A stretch of DNA of 64,000 nucleotides from Pseudomonadota bacterium (GCA_027621915.1 JAQCAD010000013.1:4387-68386); one strand, 5' to 3'. Shown: positions 34,851 through 45,033, counted from the stretch's first letter. Program-made: numbers and translations. Notes: generated from the letters alone by a model not told the origin.

Positions 34851-35537
34851 TTAGTACGGTAAGCCCATTGGCGTTACGGCAATTCTGCGGACGGACAATT
34901 CGCGATCATGAAGGTCAACCGGTGTTACGGCCAGCAAGTCGCGTCCCACAACATTGAGAACTTCGCCTACATTTCTCTCACCATCGGAGAGTTTATCGCC
35001 GACCGCCAATGAATCAGCGCTCGCCTGATAACGCATCAGCCGCCGCTTGCTTGTACCCAGGTTCTCCGTTCGCGCCACCACTTCCTGGCCGGTATAGCAG
35101 CCTTTGTTAAAGCTGATCGCACCCAGTTTGTCGAGGTTGAGCATGTGCGGCGTGTAAGTCTCGGTGTTTCGTTCGTCGATCGACGGCACACCTGCGCGAA
35201 TCAAGGCGACAGGATCTGCATCTCTTGCGTCGATCAAATCGGTCCAGTCGTCACGGGGACCGGTTATGGTGACCTTGGATCTAAGTCGATACATGATTAG
35301 TCGTTGCACGATTTGTTCTGCCAGCGACGCAGGCACGACGAGTCCGATGGATTCGCCGCGTTGAACCAGGCGGATGATGGCAAATACCCGGCCTTTCGGA
35401 TTACACCAGGCACAAATCATGCCGCTACGCTCGGTCAGCCGGCTGACGTCCTGAGTCAATTGTCCCTGCAAGAAAGGAACGGCGTCCTTTCCGCCTACTG
35501 TGATCAGTTTGTACAACTCGCAATCTACCTCTGGCAT
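34851..35537 (-). CDS. ygfZ: Folate-binding Fe-S cluster repair / tRNA-modifying protein YgfZ (compact 228-aa form)
   Basis: Signature FNKGCYTGQEVVAR (K-G-C-Y-x-G-Q-E) and N-terminal GcvT-like fold (VPFLQGQLTQDV). Confidence 0.82.
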   Translation of the reverse strand: MPEVDCELYKLITVGGKDAVPFLQGQLTQDVSRLTERSGMICAWCNPKGRVFAIIRLVQRGESIGLVVPASLAEQIVQRLIMYRLRSKVTITGPRDDWTDLIDARDADPVALIRAGVPSIDERNTETYTPHMLNLDKLGAISFNKGCYTGQEVVARTENLGTSKRRLMRYQASADSLAVGDKLSDGERNVGEVLNVVGRDLLAVTPVDLHDRELSVRRIAVTPMGLPY

Positions 35538-35546
35538 ACTGCGCGC

Positions 35547-35729
35547 ATGGCCGACGATACCAGTAAAATACGTGGCAAAATCGATTCAGACGCTACTTCC
35601 AGTCAGGATGATAACGTGGAGACCGCCTCCGGCGTTACCGGCGGGAAAAAAGAAATTGGCGGTCGGGACGGGCCGGATCCCACTCGCTTTGGAGATTGGG
35701 AAAAAAACGGCCGGTGCATCGATTTCTGA
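35547..35729 (+). CDS. DUF1674 protein (SDHAF4-like succinate dehydrogenase assembly factor)
   Basis: 60 aa ending KEIGGRDGPDPTRFGDWEKNGRCIDF, the DUF1674/SDHAF4 C-terminal motif. Directly upstream of sdhC. Confidence 0.72.
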   Translation: MADDTSKIRGKIDSDATSSQDDNVETASGVTGGKKEIGGRDGPDPTRFGDWEKNGRCIDF

Positions 35730-35771
35730 GCAAAGCGTATGTTGGCAGACCAATGAATTCAAAGGCAGGAA

Positions 35772-36146
35772 ATGACTAAAGAAGGGCGACCGCTCTCACC
35801 ACACCTGACGATATACCGCTGGCCAATCACGATGACGCTGTCGATTCTGCACAGAATGACCGGCGTCGCGCTGGCGGCAGGATTTGTCGCTTTCACATCC
35901 TGGCTTGCCGCGGTGGCCTTCGAAGGAGTGCCATACGATTGGGTTCATGAAATAACGCAAAGCGTCATTGGGCAGATCGCGCTCTTCGGTTGGTTATTTT
36001 CCTTTTTCCTCCACTTGTCGAATGGTATCCGACACCTCGTGTGGGATACGGGCCGGTTTTTCGAAAAGCGCCAGGCAGACAGGTCTGCCTGGATTGTAGT
36101 CATCGCGACGGTTGTGATGACCACCTCCTACTGGTTCGTGGTTTAA
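35772..36146 (+). CDS. sdhC: Succinate dehydrogenase cytochrome b556 subunit
   Basis: RPLSPHLTIYRWPITMTLSILHRMTGV motif. 3 TM. Confidence 0.9.
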   Translation: MTKEGRPLSPHLTIYRWPITMTLSILHRMTGVALAAGFVAFTSWLAAVAFEGVPYDWVHEITQSVIGQIALFGWLFSFFLHLSNGIRHLVWDTGRFFEKRQADRSAWIVVIATVVMTTSYWFVV

Positions 36147-36164
36147 AGGCGAGGAAAGAAGGAT

Positions 36165-36545
36165 ATGAGTTTACGTTCGCCCTTGTCCCGAGTACTCGGA
36201 TCCGGTTCGGCCAAAGAAGGCACTGATCATTGGTGGTTGCAACGTCTGACAGCGCTCGCGTTGTTGCTATTGGGTCCCTGGTTCCTCGTCACGTTTGCGA
36301 GACTGGACGGTTATTCCGAACCGGAAATGGTCGCATGGGTTGGCAGTCCCTTTAATTCGATCATGCTGATACTGATGAGCGTCACGCTGGCCTGGCATTC
36401 AATGCTTGGGATTCAGATTGTCATTGAAGATTATGTCCACAGTCCCGGAGTAAAAGTGGTTTCGATCATTGTCAGCAAATTTGGACATGTCTTTCTTGGC
36501 GTGGTGGCCGTCGTCGCAATATTGAAAGTAATGTTGGGCAGTTAG
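36165..36545 (+). CDS. sdhD: Succinate dehydrogenase hydrophobic membrane anchor subunit
   Basis: [20 protein letters not shown] (SdhD motif of the type I associate with alphaproteobacterial/mitochondrial SdhD). 3 TM. Confidence 0.9.
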   Translation: MSLRSPLSRVLGSGSAKEGTDHWWLQRLTALALLLLGPWFLVTFARLDGYSEPEMVAWVGSPFNSIMLILMSVTLAWHSMLGIQIVIEDYVHSPGVKVVSIIVSKFGHVFLGVVAVVAILKVMLGS

Positions 36546-38332
36546 TGATGAGCGAATACGGGTTCATCGATCATAGTTACGATGTCGTCGTTGTCGGCGC
36601 CGGTGGCGCTGGATTGCGGGCCACGTTCGGACTGGCGGAAACTGGTTTCAAAACCGCGTGTGTTACGAAAGTTTTTCCAACTCGCAGTCATACCGTGGCA
36701 GCGCAGGGTGGCATTAGCGCAGCTCTCGGCAATATGGGTGAGGATGACTGGCGTTGGCATATGTATGACACTGTCAAGGGTTCTGATTGGCTTGGCGATC
36801 AGGATGCGATTGAGTACATGTGTAAAGAGGCGCCCGATGCTGTTATAGAGCTCGAACACTATGGTGTGCCTTTCTCCCGAACCGACGATGGTCGCATTTA
36901 CCAGCGTCCGTTCGGCGGTATGACGACGCGCTACGGCGAGGGCACTGCCCAGCGGACATGCGCGGCGGCTGATCGTACCGGACACGCAATGTTGCATACG
37001 CTTTATCAGCAGTCACTGAAACACGACGCCGAGTTTTTCATCGAATATTTTGCGGTCGACCTGATGATGGAAGATGGTGCATGTCGCGGCGTCGTTGCAA
37101 TCGACCTGGCAACCGGGCGATTGCATAGATTCCGTGCACACAAGGTCATCCTTGCGACCGGGGGTTACGGGCGCGCCTATTTTTCCTGTACATCGGCGCA
37201 CACGTGCACCGGTGACGGTAATGCGATGGTGCTGCGCGCCGGATTGCCGCTGCAGGACATGGAATTCGTCCAGTTTCACCCGACCGGTATTTACGGTGCC
37301 GGCTGCCTGATCACAGAAGGCGTTCGTGGCGAGGGAGGTTATCTCACGAATTCCGATGGCGAGCGTTTTATGGAACGTTATGCACCGAATGCGAAGGACC
37401 TTGCGTCCCGCGACGTCGTCAGCCGTTCGATGACGATCGAGATCCGTGAAGGGCGGGGCGTCGGCGCCGAGAAAGATCATATTCATTTACACCTGGAGCA
37501 TTTGGGCCCGGACGTGATCGAGGAGCGATTGCCAGGTATTGCCGAGTCGGCGCGGATTTTCGCCGGCGTCGACGTCGCCAAAGAACCGATTCCCGTATTG
37601 CCAACTGTGCATTACAACATGGGCGGCATTCCGACCATTTATACCGGCGAGGTGGTCACGTTGAGAGGCAGTGACCCGGAGTCGGTCGTGCAGGGACTGA
37701 TGGCTGTCGGAGAGGCTGCCTGTGTGTCGGTTCATGGTGCCAATCGCCTGGGTTCAAACTCGCTCCTCGACCTCGTCGTGTTCGGTCGATCAGCCGCGCA
37801 CCGTTGCGCGGACACGATGAAACCCGGCACACGTCATAAAAATTTACCGCCGAATGCGGGGCAAAACAGCGTGGAGAGAATAGACAGGCTTCGCAATGCT
37901 GACGGCCCGCGACCCACCGCCGAAATTCGTCTCGAAATGCAGCGAACGATGCAAAACCATGCCGCGGTTTTTCGTACTGGCGAGACGCTGAATGAAGGCG
38001 TCAAGTTACTCAACCAGGCTTATGCATCGTTCGCGGAAGTTCGGGTTTCGGACAGATCGATGATCTGGAACACGGACCTTGTCGAAACGATAGAACTCGA
38101 AAACCTGCTGCAAAATGCCAAGGTAACGATCGAGTCGGCAGCGCGACGTCTCGAAAGCCGAGGCGCGCATGCGCGGGAAGATTACCCGGACCGCGACGAT
38201 ACAAACTGGATGAAGCATTCACTATCGTGGCTTGCCGAGGACGGCACGGTGTCGTTCGGAGATCGGCCAGTGCATGCCGAAACGCTCACGGACGAAGTTG
38301 ATGCAATTCCCCCGAAAGCACGTGTTTACTAG
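36545..38332 (+). CDS. sdhA: Succinate dehydrogenase flavoprotein subunit
   Basis: [12 protein letters not shown] and [11 protein letters not shown] (FAD-histidyl site). 595 aa. ATG 36548 is an equally plausible start. Confidence 0.97.
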   Translation: MMSEYGFIDHSYDVVVVGAGGAGLRATFGLAETGFKTACVTKVFPTRSHTVAAQGGISAALGNMGEDDWRWHMYDTVKGSDWLGDQDAIEYMCKEAPDAVIELEHYGVPFSRTDDGRIYQRPFGGMTTRYGEGTAQRTCAAADRTGHAMLHTLYQQSLKHDAEFFIEYFAVDLMMEDGACRGVVAIDLATGRLHRFRAHKVILATGGYGRAYFSCTSAHTCTGDGNAMVLRAGLPLQDMEFVQFHPTGIYGAGCLITEGVRGEGGYLTNSDGERFMERYAPNAKDLASRDVVSRSMTIEIREGRGVGAEKDHIHLHLEHLGPDVIEERLPGIAESARIFAGVDVAKEPIPVLPTVHYNMGGIPTIYTGEVVTLRGSDPESVVQGLMAVGEAACVSVHGANRLGSNSLLDLVVFGRSAAHRCADTMKPGTRHKNLPPNAGQNSVERIDRLRNADGPRPTAEIRLEMQRTMQNHAAVFRTGETLNEGVKLLNQAYASFAEVRVSDRSMIWNTDLVETIELENLLQNAKVTIESAARRLESRGAHAREDYPDRDDTNWMKHSLSWLAEDGTVSFGDRPVHAETLTDEVDAIPPKARVY

Positions 38333-38346
38333 CGCAGGAGTCACCT

Positions 38347-39129
38347 TTGGCTGAGTTCAGACTTCCACCGAATTCCAGGATCACGAAGGGCCGACACTTC
38401 CCGGCTGGCGGATCGTCCGACAATGTTCGTCGCTTCGTTGTTTATCGATTTGATCCGGACAGCGGTGACAATCCGCGCATGGATACTTATGAAGTGGACA
38501 TGGAAAGTTGTGGGCCGATGGTGCTTGACGCGCTCATCAAGATCAAAAATGAGATTGACCCCACGTTGACATTCCGTCGTTCCTGCCGCGAAGGAATCTG
38601 TGGATCATGTGCAATGAATGTTGACGGGCGCAACACGCTTGCCTGCACGGCTCCGTCCGAGGGAATCAAGGGCGACGTCAAGATTTATCCATTGCCGCAC
38701 ATGGGTGTTATTAAGGACCTGGTTCCCGATCTTACAAATTTCTATGCGCAATATGCGTCGATTAAACCGTGGCTGCAGACCCGCACGCCGGCGTCTCCGG
38801 ATTCAGAACGATTGCAAAGCAAGGCGGATCAGGAACGTATTGACGAACCAGCCGCCTGCATTTTGTGCGCTTGTTGCTCCACGAGTTGTCCCAGCTATTG
38901 GTGGAACAGTGACCGTTATCTCGGGCCGGCCGCGTTGCTTGCTGCTTATCGCTGGTTGGTGGACAGCCGTGATGAAGCGACAGGAGAACGGCTGGACGAT
39001 CTCGAAGATCCATTCCGATTGTATCGTTGCCATACGATCATGAATTGTACGAACACATGTCCCAAGAATCTCAATCCCGCCAGGGCAATTGCGGAAACGA
39101 AGAAAATGCTGGCGGAACGCCGGCATTGA
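38347..39129 (+). CDS. sdhB: Succinate dehydrogenase iron-sulfur subunit
   Basis: Three Cys clusters: [41 protein letters not shown]. Confidence 0.97.
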   Translation: MAEFRLPPNSRITKGRHFPAGGSSDNVRRFVVYRFDPDSGDNPRMDTYEVDMESCGPMVLDALIKIKNEIDPTLTFRRSCREGICGSCAMNVDGRNTLACTAPSEGIKGDVKIYPLPHMGVIKDLVPDLTNFYAQYASIKPWLQTRTPASPDSERLQSKADQERIDEPAACILCACCSTSCPSYWWNSDRYLGPAALLAAYRWLVDSRDEATGERLDDLEDPFRLYRCHTIMNCTNTCPKNLNPARAIAETKKMLAERRH

Positions 39130-39365
39130 GTGAGCGCCGCGTTAAGTGGCAATGCAGACGAGGCATGCGGGAGCTTGACGTTTTGCTCGGCACTTATCTC
39201 GAAAAACAGTACGGTAATTCCGACGAGTCTCAAAAGGCGGCGTTTCGACGGGTTCTGGAGCTACCGGATCCCGATCTGATCGGCTATTTGTTAAGCGGAA
39301 ACAATCCCGCGGACCCGGAACTGGCCGATGTCATCGATCAAATTCGAGGTAAAGCTTCGGCCTGA
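39126..39365 (+). CDS. sdhE: FAD assembly factor SdhE (SDHAF2/YgfY/CptB family)
   Basis: [17 protein letters not shown] aligns with E. coli Sdh[18 protein letters not shown], and DPDL is also present. TTG start at 39126 overlaps the sdhB stop. Confidence 0.85.
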   Translation: MSERRVKWQCRRGMRELDVLLGTYLEKQYGNSDESQKAAFRRVLELPDPDLIGYLLSGNNPADPELADVIDQIRGKASA

Positions 39366-39786
39366 CCCTGCGATACAACGCCTGGTGCTCGGGACAGGTA
39401 TCGCCGCGACGATCGGTGGCGTCATGCTGATTACAGAGCTGCCGATATCATTGCTTTGGCGCTTTGCGCTGGTCGTAATCTGGTTGGGAGATGGCCTTCG
39501 CGAGCTCCGGAATCTGCACGTTGGAGCCGGCCGGGTCCGTACCCTCATTCTGGACAGCGCAGGAAATGTTTCAGCGTTAGATTTTGAGGGAAACGCTCAC
39601 GAACTTAGGCTTCTGACCGGCAGCATGGTGCTACCCGCACTGGCCTGGTTCAGGCTGAAATTCGAAAGCGGACCATGCCATTGCCTGCTACTGATCCGGT
39701 ACCGGACGGAACCTGACGCGTGGCATCGATTGCAGCTCTTGTGGCTGCAGTCACGGGAGTTCTTTGGTCATCTGCCCGGACCTTGA
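39328..39786 (+). CDS. YgfX/CptA-like inner membrane protein (DUF1434)
   Basis: Two N-terminal TM segments followed by a soluble domain, ~150 aa. Lies immediately after sdhE and overlaps it by 38 nt, like E. coli ygfY-ygfX. Sequence similarity itself is weak by eye. Confidence 0.55.
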   Translation: MSSIKFEVKLRPDPAIQRLVLGTGIAATIGGVMLITELPISLLWRFALVVIWLGDGLRELRNLHVGAGRVRTLILDSAGNVSALDFEGNAHELRLLTGSMVLPALAWFRLKFESGPCHCLLLIRYRTEPDAWHRLQLLWLQSREFFGHLPGP

Positions 39787-39835
39787 TACCATCAGCCGCT
39801 TGACGACATAAAAGCAACAAAGGCACCCAGGTATT

Positions 39836-39875
39836 TGACGGGTTTACCTACCGACGGGAAGACCGTCACGTTTTT
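39836..39875 (+). terminator. Weak candidate rho-independent terminator after ygfX
   Basis: TGACGG (39836-39841) pairs with CCGTCA (39863-39868), or the shorter GACGG/CCGTC stem applies. Followed by CG TTTTT (39871-39875). Confidence 0.3.
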
Positions 39876-39908
39876 GATTAAATCCCTATGAATAGAGTCG
39901 TGAATTGC

Positions 39909-39935
39909 GAACTTTCCCATTTTCGCCCGGTCTAT
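39909..39935 (+). promoter_or_regulatory. Sigma-E (RpoE/AlgU)-type promoter upstream of rpoE
   Basis: GAACTT (39909-39914), 16-nt spacer, TCTAT (39931-39935), 55 nt before the rpoE ATG. Fits the ECF sigma-E consensus GGAACTT-N16-TCnnA. Confidence 0.5.
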
Positions 39936-39990
39936 GCTGGAGTCGGCGGAGTTGGTTGGCTGCACGGCTTTCGCAGTAGGACCTACCTGC

Positions 39991-40566
39991 ATGGCAAATG
40001 AACCCACCGACGCCCAGTTGGTCCGACGGGTCCAGAAGGGTGAAAAGGGTGCTTTTGATCTGCTGGTGCTCAAGTACCAGCACAAGATTGTTAACCTGGT
40101 GATGCGTTATGTGTGGGACCCTGATCTGGCATTGGATATTACCCAGGAGGCATTCATTAAAGCCTACCGGGCCTTGCCCAGATTCCGTGGCGACAGCGCG
40201 TTTTATACCTGGCTGTACAGGATCGCGGTGAACACAGCGAAGAATCATCTGGCATCTGCTCGTAGACGCCCGATGGACGTCGAGCTGGATCTGCAGGATC
40301 CTGACCAGTTCGACCTGCACGCGAAGCTGAGGGAAACAGACACGCCAGAGGGTTTGACGATGAGTCAGGAACTGCACGCGATTGTTGAAAAGGCGATCGA
40401 TGCACTGCCGGAAGATTTACGAACAGCGATTGTATTGCGGGAGCTCGACGGAATGAGCTATGAGGAGATAGCGCAGACAATGGAATGTCCGGTAGGCACG
40501 GTGCGATCCCGGATTTTCAGGGCCAGGGACGCGATCGGTAAGAAGATTGGTAATTTGCTTAACTAG
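39991..40566 (+). CDS. rpoE: ECF sigma factor RpoE (sigma-24/AlgU)
   Basis: DAQLVRRVQKGEKGAFDLLVLKYQHKI and region 4 MECPVGTVRSRIFRARDAI. Followed by rseA, rseB and rseC. Confidence 0.95.
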   Translation: MANEPTDAQLVRRVQKGEKGAFDLLVLKYQHKIVNLVMRYVWDPDLALDITQEAFIKAYRALPRFRGDSAFYTWLYRIAVNTAKNHLASARRRPMDVELDLQDPDQFDLHAKLRETDTPEGLTMSQELHAIVEKAIDALPEDLRTAIVLRELDGMSYEEIAQTMECPVGTVRSRIFRARDAIGKKIGNLLN

Positions 40567-40607
40567 TATTATTTGAAGGACGGGTGTGATGCCCGGTGTG
40601 GGAACTT

Positions 40608-41240
40608 ATGAATGAGGCATTGAAAATGCAGATTTCTGCATTCGTTGACGGAGAATTGCCGGATAACGAGTCAGAATTTTTGTTGCGACGACTCAGCCAG
40701 GACGCCGCTATGCGGCAGCAGGTTGCGGAATTCCTGGCGATCGGCCGGCTGATCCGGCGCGAGCAGGAAGTGCCAGGTATGAATAGCCTGCGCGGTCGGA
40801 TTGCGGCGGCTCTTGGACAGGCGATCGTGTCGGAAGAAGTGGAGCCAGCGGCAGTTGGATCGGCGCTGATGACGCCGGCGAGCGGCATCGCCGTTGCAGC
40901 AACTGTGGCCGCTATTGCGCTGGTAGGACTTAGCCAGCTTGGCGGTCCCGTTGCGCATGGCCTGGCCGACGACGCCGTTGCGATTGATCTCGCTCCAGCC
41001 TACACCGAGCCGACCGCTGAACAGGTCCTGGCGAACAGTCCTACGGAGCGCCTGATTGAATACAGTCGGCGTCATGACAGCAGTTCTCCTGATCTGGCCT
41101 CCAATGGTATTCTTTCCCGAATGGTCACTTTCGAACTGCGCGAAGGCCGGCTCGTTGAGATTGAGCCGGACCCGCACCTGGTGTCTGGCGACGGGCAACC
41201 AGCGGTTAGCGGTCAGGACGACCGATTGAGCAATGAGTGA
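40608..41240 (+). CDS. rseA: Anti-sigma-E factor RseA/MucA
   Basis: N-terminal anti-sigma domain (ISAFVDGELPDNESEFLLRRL), central TM (IAVAATVAAIALVGL), periplasmic C-terminal domain. Positional evidence. Confidence 0.8.
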   Translation: MNEALKMQISAFVDGELPDNESEFLLRRLSQDAAMRQQVAEFLAIGRLIRREQEVPGMNSLRGRIAAALGQAIVSEEVEPAAVGSALMTPASGIAVAATVAAIALVGLSQLGGPVAHGLADDAVAIDLAPAYTEPTAEQVLANSPTERLIEYSRRHDSSSPDLASNGILSRMVTFELREGRLVEIEPDPHLVSGDGQPAVSGQDDRLSNE

Positions 41241-42238
41241 AGCCAGTTAAGAGTTTCTGCATGCATCAAAATCATCGAAAAATTTTAAGGACATTGACCG
41301 GCGCAATGGGTGTTACATGCGCACTATGGTCATTGCAGGGATTGGCACAGCAGTCGAGTCCCGAAGAATGGCTCGATCGGATGTCAATTGCGGTCACTAC
41401 GACAAATTACGAAGGGACGGTCGTAAGGCATCAACGAGGTGAGTCCGAGGCATTGAAGGTTGCGCACAAGATTGTTGATGGTGTTGTGAACGAACGGCTC
41501 GCCTCACAAGAGGGCAATGGCCTCGAGATTATTCGAATCGGCGACGAAGTTCACTGCATATTGCCTGACAAAAAATCAGTCCTCGTCGAAACATGGAATA
41601 ACCAAAGTACGCTGTTCTCGGCCCTGCCGCGAAGCGAAACGATCAGGGCGACCCAGTATGATTTGTCCCTCGTACGTGAGGGGAGAATTGCCGGCCGTAC
41701 GGCCATCATGTTGGCCATCAGGCCGCATGATGAATATCGATACGGACATCGAATCTGGCTTGACAAGGAAACTGCGTTTCCACTGAACACGTCCCTTGTT
41801 GATTCCTACGGCGACGTAATTGAAGAGATCAAGTTTGCCGATATAACAATCGGTGGCAACATCGCGGCCACGGCACTTGATCCTTCGATTGATCTGGCCA
41901 GTTTTACCTGGTACCGGGAGCCCGATCGATACCGGTCGGTTGACGTTACGACTGATTGGGATTGCGACGATCTGCCAGCAGGGTTCAGGGCAATTTCAAC
42001 CAGAACCGAGCAAATGTCTGCGGCAGAATCACCAACCACACATATTGTGTACAGCGACGGAATCGCCAGTATCTCCGTTTTTATTGCGACCCGCAGCGCC
42101 GAAGAAAGCGACGGATGGGCCTTGGTTGGCAGGTCAAATTCCTATACTGCTGAAATCAATGGTTTTCAGGTTACGGCAGTCGGTGAGGTTCCTGGTGTCA
42201 CTGTGCAAAGAATCGCCTCGTCGATGCGCCAGCGCTGA
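41237..42238 (+). CDS. rseB: Sigma-E regulatory protein RseB/MucB
   Basis: Signal peptide, then NYEGTVVRHQRGE and the MucB/RseB N- and C-domains. The start may instead be ATG 41261. Confidence 0.88.
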   Translation: MKPVKSFCMHQNHRKILRTLTGAMGVTCALWSLQGLAQQSSPEEWLDRMSIAVTTTNYEGTVVRHQRGESEALKVAHKIVDGVVNERLASQEGNGLEIIRIGDEVHCILPDKKSVLVETWNNQSTLFSALPRSETIRATQYDLSLVREGRIAGRTAIMLAIRPHDEYRYGHRIWLDKETAFPLNTSLVDSYGDVIEEIKFADITIGGNIAATALDPSIDLASFTWYREPDRYRSVDVTTDWDCDDLPAGFRAISTRTEQMSAAESPTTHIVYSDGIASISVFIATRSAEESDGWALVGRSNSYTAEINGFQVTAVGEVPGVTVQRIASSMRQR

Positions 42239-42456
42239 CAAGTCATTGTCAGTCGTTTCTCACGGCGCGACATACCGTTAAAAACTGATTCAAGGTACTT
42301 ATGTATTCAGATGTTCGCTCCGATTTTTCGCCGGACTATGCCTGATCACGCGCTTGCCTCGATTTCAACCAGCCGCCGGTATTTACTTGAATCCGGCCTG
42401 GGCACCTGGTCCGCAACGAGCGTTTAACTCCTTCGTCACCGTGATATAAATTCGTA

Positions 42457-42900
42457 GTGGAATCAGCTTTTGGCAGAATAATCGCGTTGAGTGGCCGGAC
42501 GGCCACCGTTTCTGTGGAGTCGCCTGTCGCCTGTCGGCGCTGTGCAGCCGGGAAGGGGTGCGGTGCCGGCATCTTGGTCGGTGCGGACGTGAATCGCCAA
42601 ATTCAGGTCAAAATTCCGCCTGGAATGGTCGTGTCCGAGGGCGAATCGATCGAGTTGGTGATAGGTCCCAGGTTTTTACTTCGTGCTGCCATGCTCGCGT
42701 ACGGTCTGCCATTACTGGCAATGATCGTGACGCTTTCCCTTGCATGGATGTTGATCGGCAACCCGGGCGACGGGATTGGCGTCTTGCTGGCCGCGTTTGG
42801 CCTCGTTGTTGGCCTGGTCATCGGCAGACGCATGCTGCAGCAGGAATCGATTTGTGAACAATTCCTGCCCTCTGTTGGGAAAGCTGCAGATGCCGGATAA
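42457..42900 (+). CDS. rseC: RseC/MucC family (SoxR-reducing system) protein
   Basis: N-terminal CRRCAAGKGCGAG Cys motif plus two C-terminal TM helices. GTG start. Confidence 0.82.
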   Translation: MESAFGRIIALSGRTATVSVESPVACRRCAAGKGCGAGILVGADVNRQIQVKIPPGMVVSEGESIELVIGPRFLLRAAMLAYGLPLLAMIVTLSLAWMLIGNPGDGIGVLLAAFGLVVGLVIGRRMLQQESICEQFLPSVGKAADAG

Positions 42901-43195
42901 GGTCGAATCGGGCCTGCCGTCGTTGCGCGTATACAGTCGGCCGGGTTGTCACCTGTGCGAGCAGTTGATTGAAGAAATGGCGCCATTGGTGCGTGGTCGG
43001 CTGAGGATCGAAGTCGTCGATATCGATTCCTGCCCCGACTGGCAACGGTCCTACGGATCCCGGATTCCGGTTGTCGAGTTCAACTCGGAATTTGTCTGTC
43101 AATACAGTCTGGACGTCGTCGCCATAGAGCGAATATTGACTGAACACGAGGGCCTCATCAGGGTGGCAGAACGTATATACTCCGCCGCTGATTAA
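42890..43195 (+). CDS. Glutaredoxin-like small protein (DUF836-type thioredoxin fold)
   Basis: LRVYSRPGCHLCEQ (CxxC) and IPVVEF. Start at ATG 42890 overlaps the rseC end. Confidence 0.72.
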   Translation: MPDKVESGLPSLRVYSRPGCHLCEQLIEEMAPLVRGRLRIEVVDIDSCPDWQRSYGSRIPVVEFNSEFVCQYSLDVVAIERILTEHEGLIRVAERIYSAAD

Positions 43196-43231
43196 GCCGA
43201 CCCCCTGTATGAATTCAAACCAAGCGCTTCC

Positions 43232-45022
43232 ATGAACCACATTCGAAACTTTTCGATCATCGCCCATATCGACCACGGGAAATCGACGCTGGCGGACCGC
43301 TTTATCCAGCATTGTGGCGGTTTGCAGGATCGCGAGATGTCCGCGCAGGTTCTCGACTCAATGGATATCGAGCGCGAGCGCGGGATTACGATTAAAGCGC
43401 AGAGCGTGTCGCTCAAGTATTTGGCGCAAGACGGGCAAGAGTACCAGCTCAATTTCATCGATACGCCGGGGCACGTCGATTTCTCGTACGAGGTATCGAG
43501 ATCCCTGGCAGCCTGCGAGGGCGCGTTACTGGTCGTAGATGCCGCGCAGGGTGTTGAGGCGCAGAGTGTCGCCAATTGCATAACTGCGATCGACCTGGGG
43601 CTTGAGGTATTGCCGGTTCTGAACAAGATCGATCTGCCGGCGGCCGAGCCGGAAAAAGTGATGAGTGAGATCGAGGAAATCATTGGCATCGATGCCTCCG
43701 ACGCGTTGCGCGTTAGTGCCAAAACAGGTGCGGGCGTACCGGAACTGCTCGAACGCCTGGTGAAGATAATTCCGCCTCCTGCTGGCAACGCTGACGGGCC
43801 GTTGCAGGCACTGATTATCGATTCATGGTTTGATAACTACGTCGGTGTCGTTTCACTTGTTCGGGTTGTCAACGGGAAGCTGACTAAAGGCAAGAAAATT
43901 ACGGTGATGTCGACTGGTCGGTCATACATCGCTGACAGAGTGGGGTCTTTTACTCCGAAGATGACTGACAGGTCAGTTCTGGCAACAGGTGAAGTCGGCT
44001 TCGTGATTGCAGGCATCAAGGACATTTTCGGAGCCCCGGTCGGCGACACGTTGACGATGGCCAGTGATCCTTGTGACACGCCGTTGCCTGACTTCAAAAA
44101 AGTTCAGCCCCGTGTTTTCGCCGGATTATTTCCGATCCAGACCGAAGACTACGAAAATTTCAGGGAAGCGTTGCAGAAACTCCGGCTCAATGATGCAGCG
44201 TTACATTTCGAACCGGAGACTTCTGCGGCACTGGGATTCGGATTTCGCTGCGGATTTCTCGGCATGCTGCATATGGAAATCGTGCAGGAACGCCTTGAGC
44301 GAGAATACGATCTCGACCTAATCACCACCGCACCGACAGTAATTTTCGAGGTGCAAATGATGAGCGGAGAAGTCATGCGGGTCGATAATCCGTCCAAGTT
44401 GCCGCCTGTAAACGAAATTGCGGAGCTTCGCGAGCCGATAATATCTGCAAATATCCTGGTGCCGGAACAACACGTCGGCGCAGTGATGAAATTGTGCATC
44501 GACAAACGCGGTGTCCAGCGACAGATGCGTTACCTGGGCGGCCAGGTTTCACTGGAGTATGAAATGCCGCTATCAGAGGTCGTTATGGATTTCTTCGACC
44601 GATTGAAATCCGTTAGCCGTGGTTTTGCCTCGTTTGACTATCACTTCGTGAGATTTGAGGCAGCACCGCTGGTGCGCCTGGACGTCCTGATCAACAGGGA
44701 ACGGGTTGACGCATTGTCGGTTATTGTGCACCGTTCAAATGCTGACTTTCGCGGTCGGGATCTCGTCGAACGGATGCGCAAGCTGATTCCCCGGCAGATG
44801 TTTGATATTGCGATTCAGGCAGGTATTGGGACTCAGATCATTGCGAGAAGCACTGTGAAGGCCCTGCGAAAGAACGTTACTGCGAAATGTTATGGCGGAG
44901 ACGTGTCGCGAAAGCGCAAGCTCCTCGAAAAACAGAAGGCAGGCAAGAAAAGAATGAAAATGGTTGGATCCGTAGAGATTCCGCAGGAGGCCTTTTTGGC
45001 AGTTCTGCGAGTCGAAAAATAA
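43232..45022 (+). CDS. lepA: Elongation factor 4 (LepA)
   Basis: [26 protein letters not shown], and the LepA C-terminal domain. Confidence 0.97.
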   Translation: MNHIRNFSIIAHIDHGKSTLADRFIQHCGGLQDREMSAQVLDSMDIERERGITIKAQSVSLKYLAQDGQEYQLNFIDTPGHVDFSYEVSRSLAACEGALLVVDAAQGVEAQSVANCITAIDLGLEVLPVLNKIDLPAAEPEKVMSEIEEIIGIDASDALRVSAKTGAGVPELLERLVKIIPPPAGNADGPLQALIIDSWFDNYVGVVSLVRVVNGKLTKGKKITVMSTGRSYIADRVGSFTPKMTDRSVLATGEVGFVIAGIKDIFGAPVGDTLTMASDPCDTPLPDFKKVQPRVFAGLFPIQTEDYENFREALQKLRLNDAALHFEPETSAALGFGFRCGFLGMLHMEIVQERLEREYDLDLITTAPTVIFEVQMMSGEVMRVDNPSKLPPVNEIAELREPIISANILVPEQHVGAVMKLCIDKRGVQRQMRYLGGQVSLEYEMPLSEVVMDFFDRLKSVSRGFASFDYHFVRFEAAPLVRLDVLINRERVDALSVIVHRSNADFRGRDLVERMRKLIPRQMFDIAIQAGIGTQIIARSTVKALRKNVTAKCYGGDVSRKRKLLEKQKAGKKRMKMVGSVEIPQEAFLAVLRVEK

Positions 45023-45033
45023 GAGATGGAACA

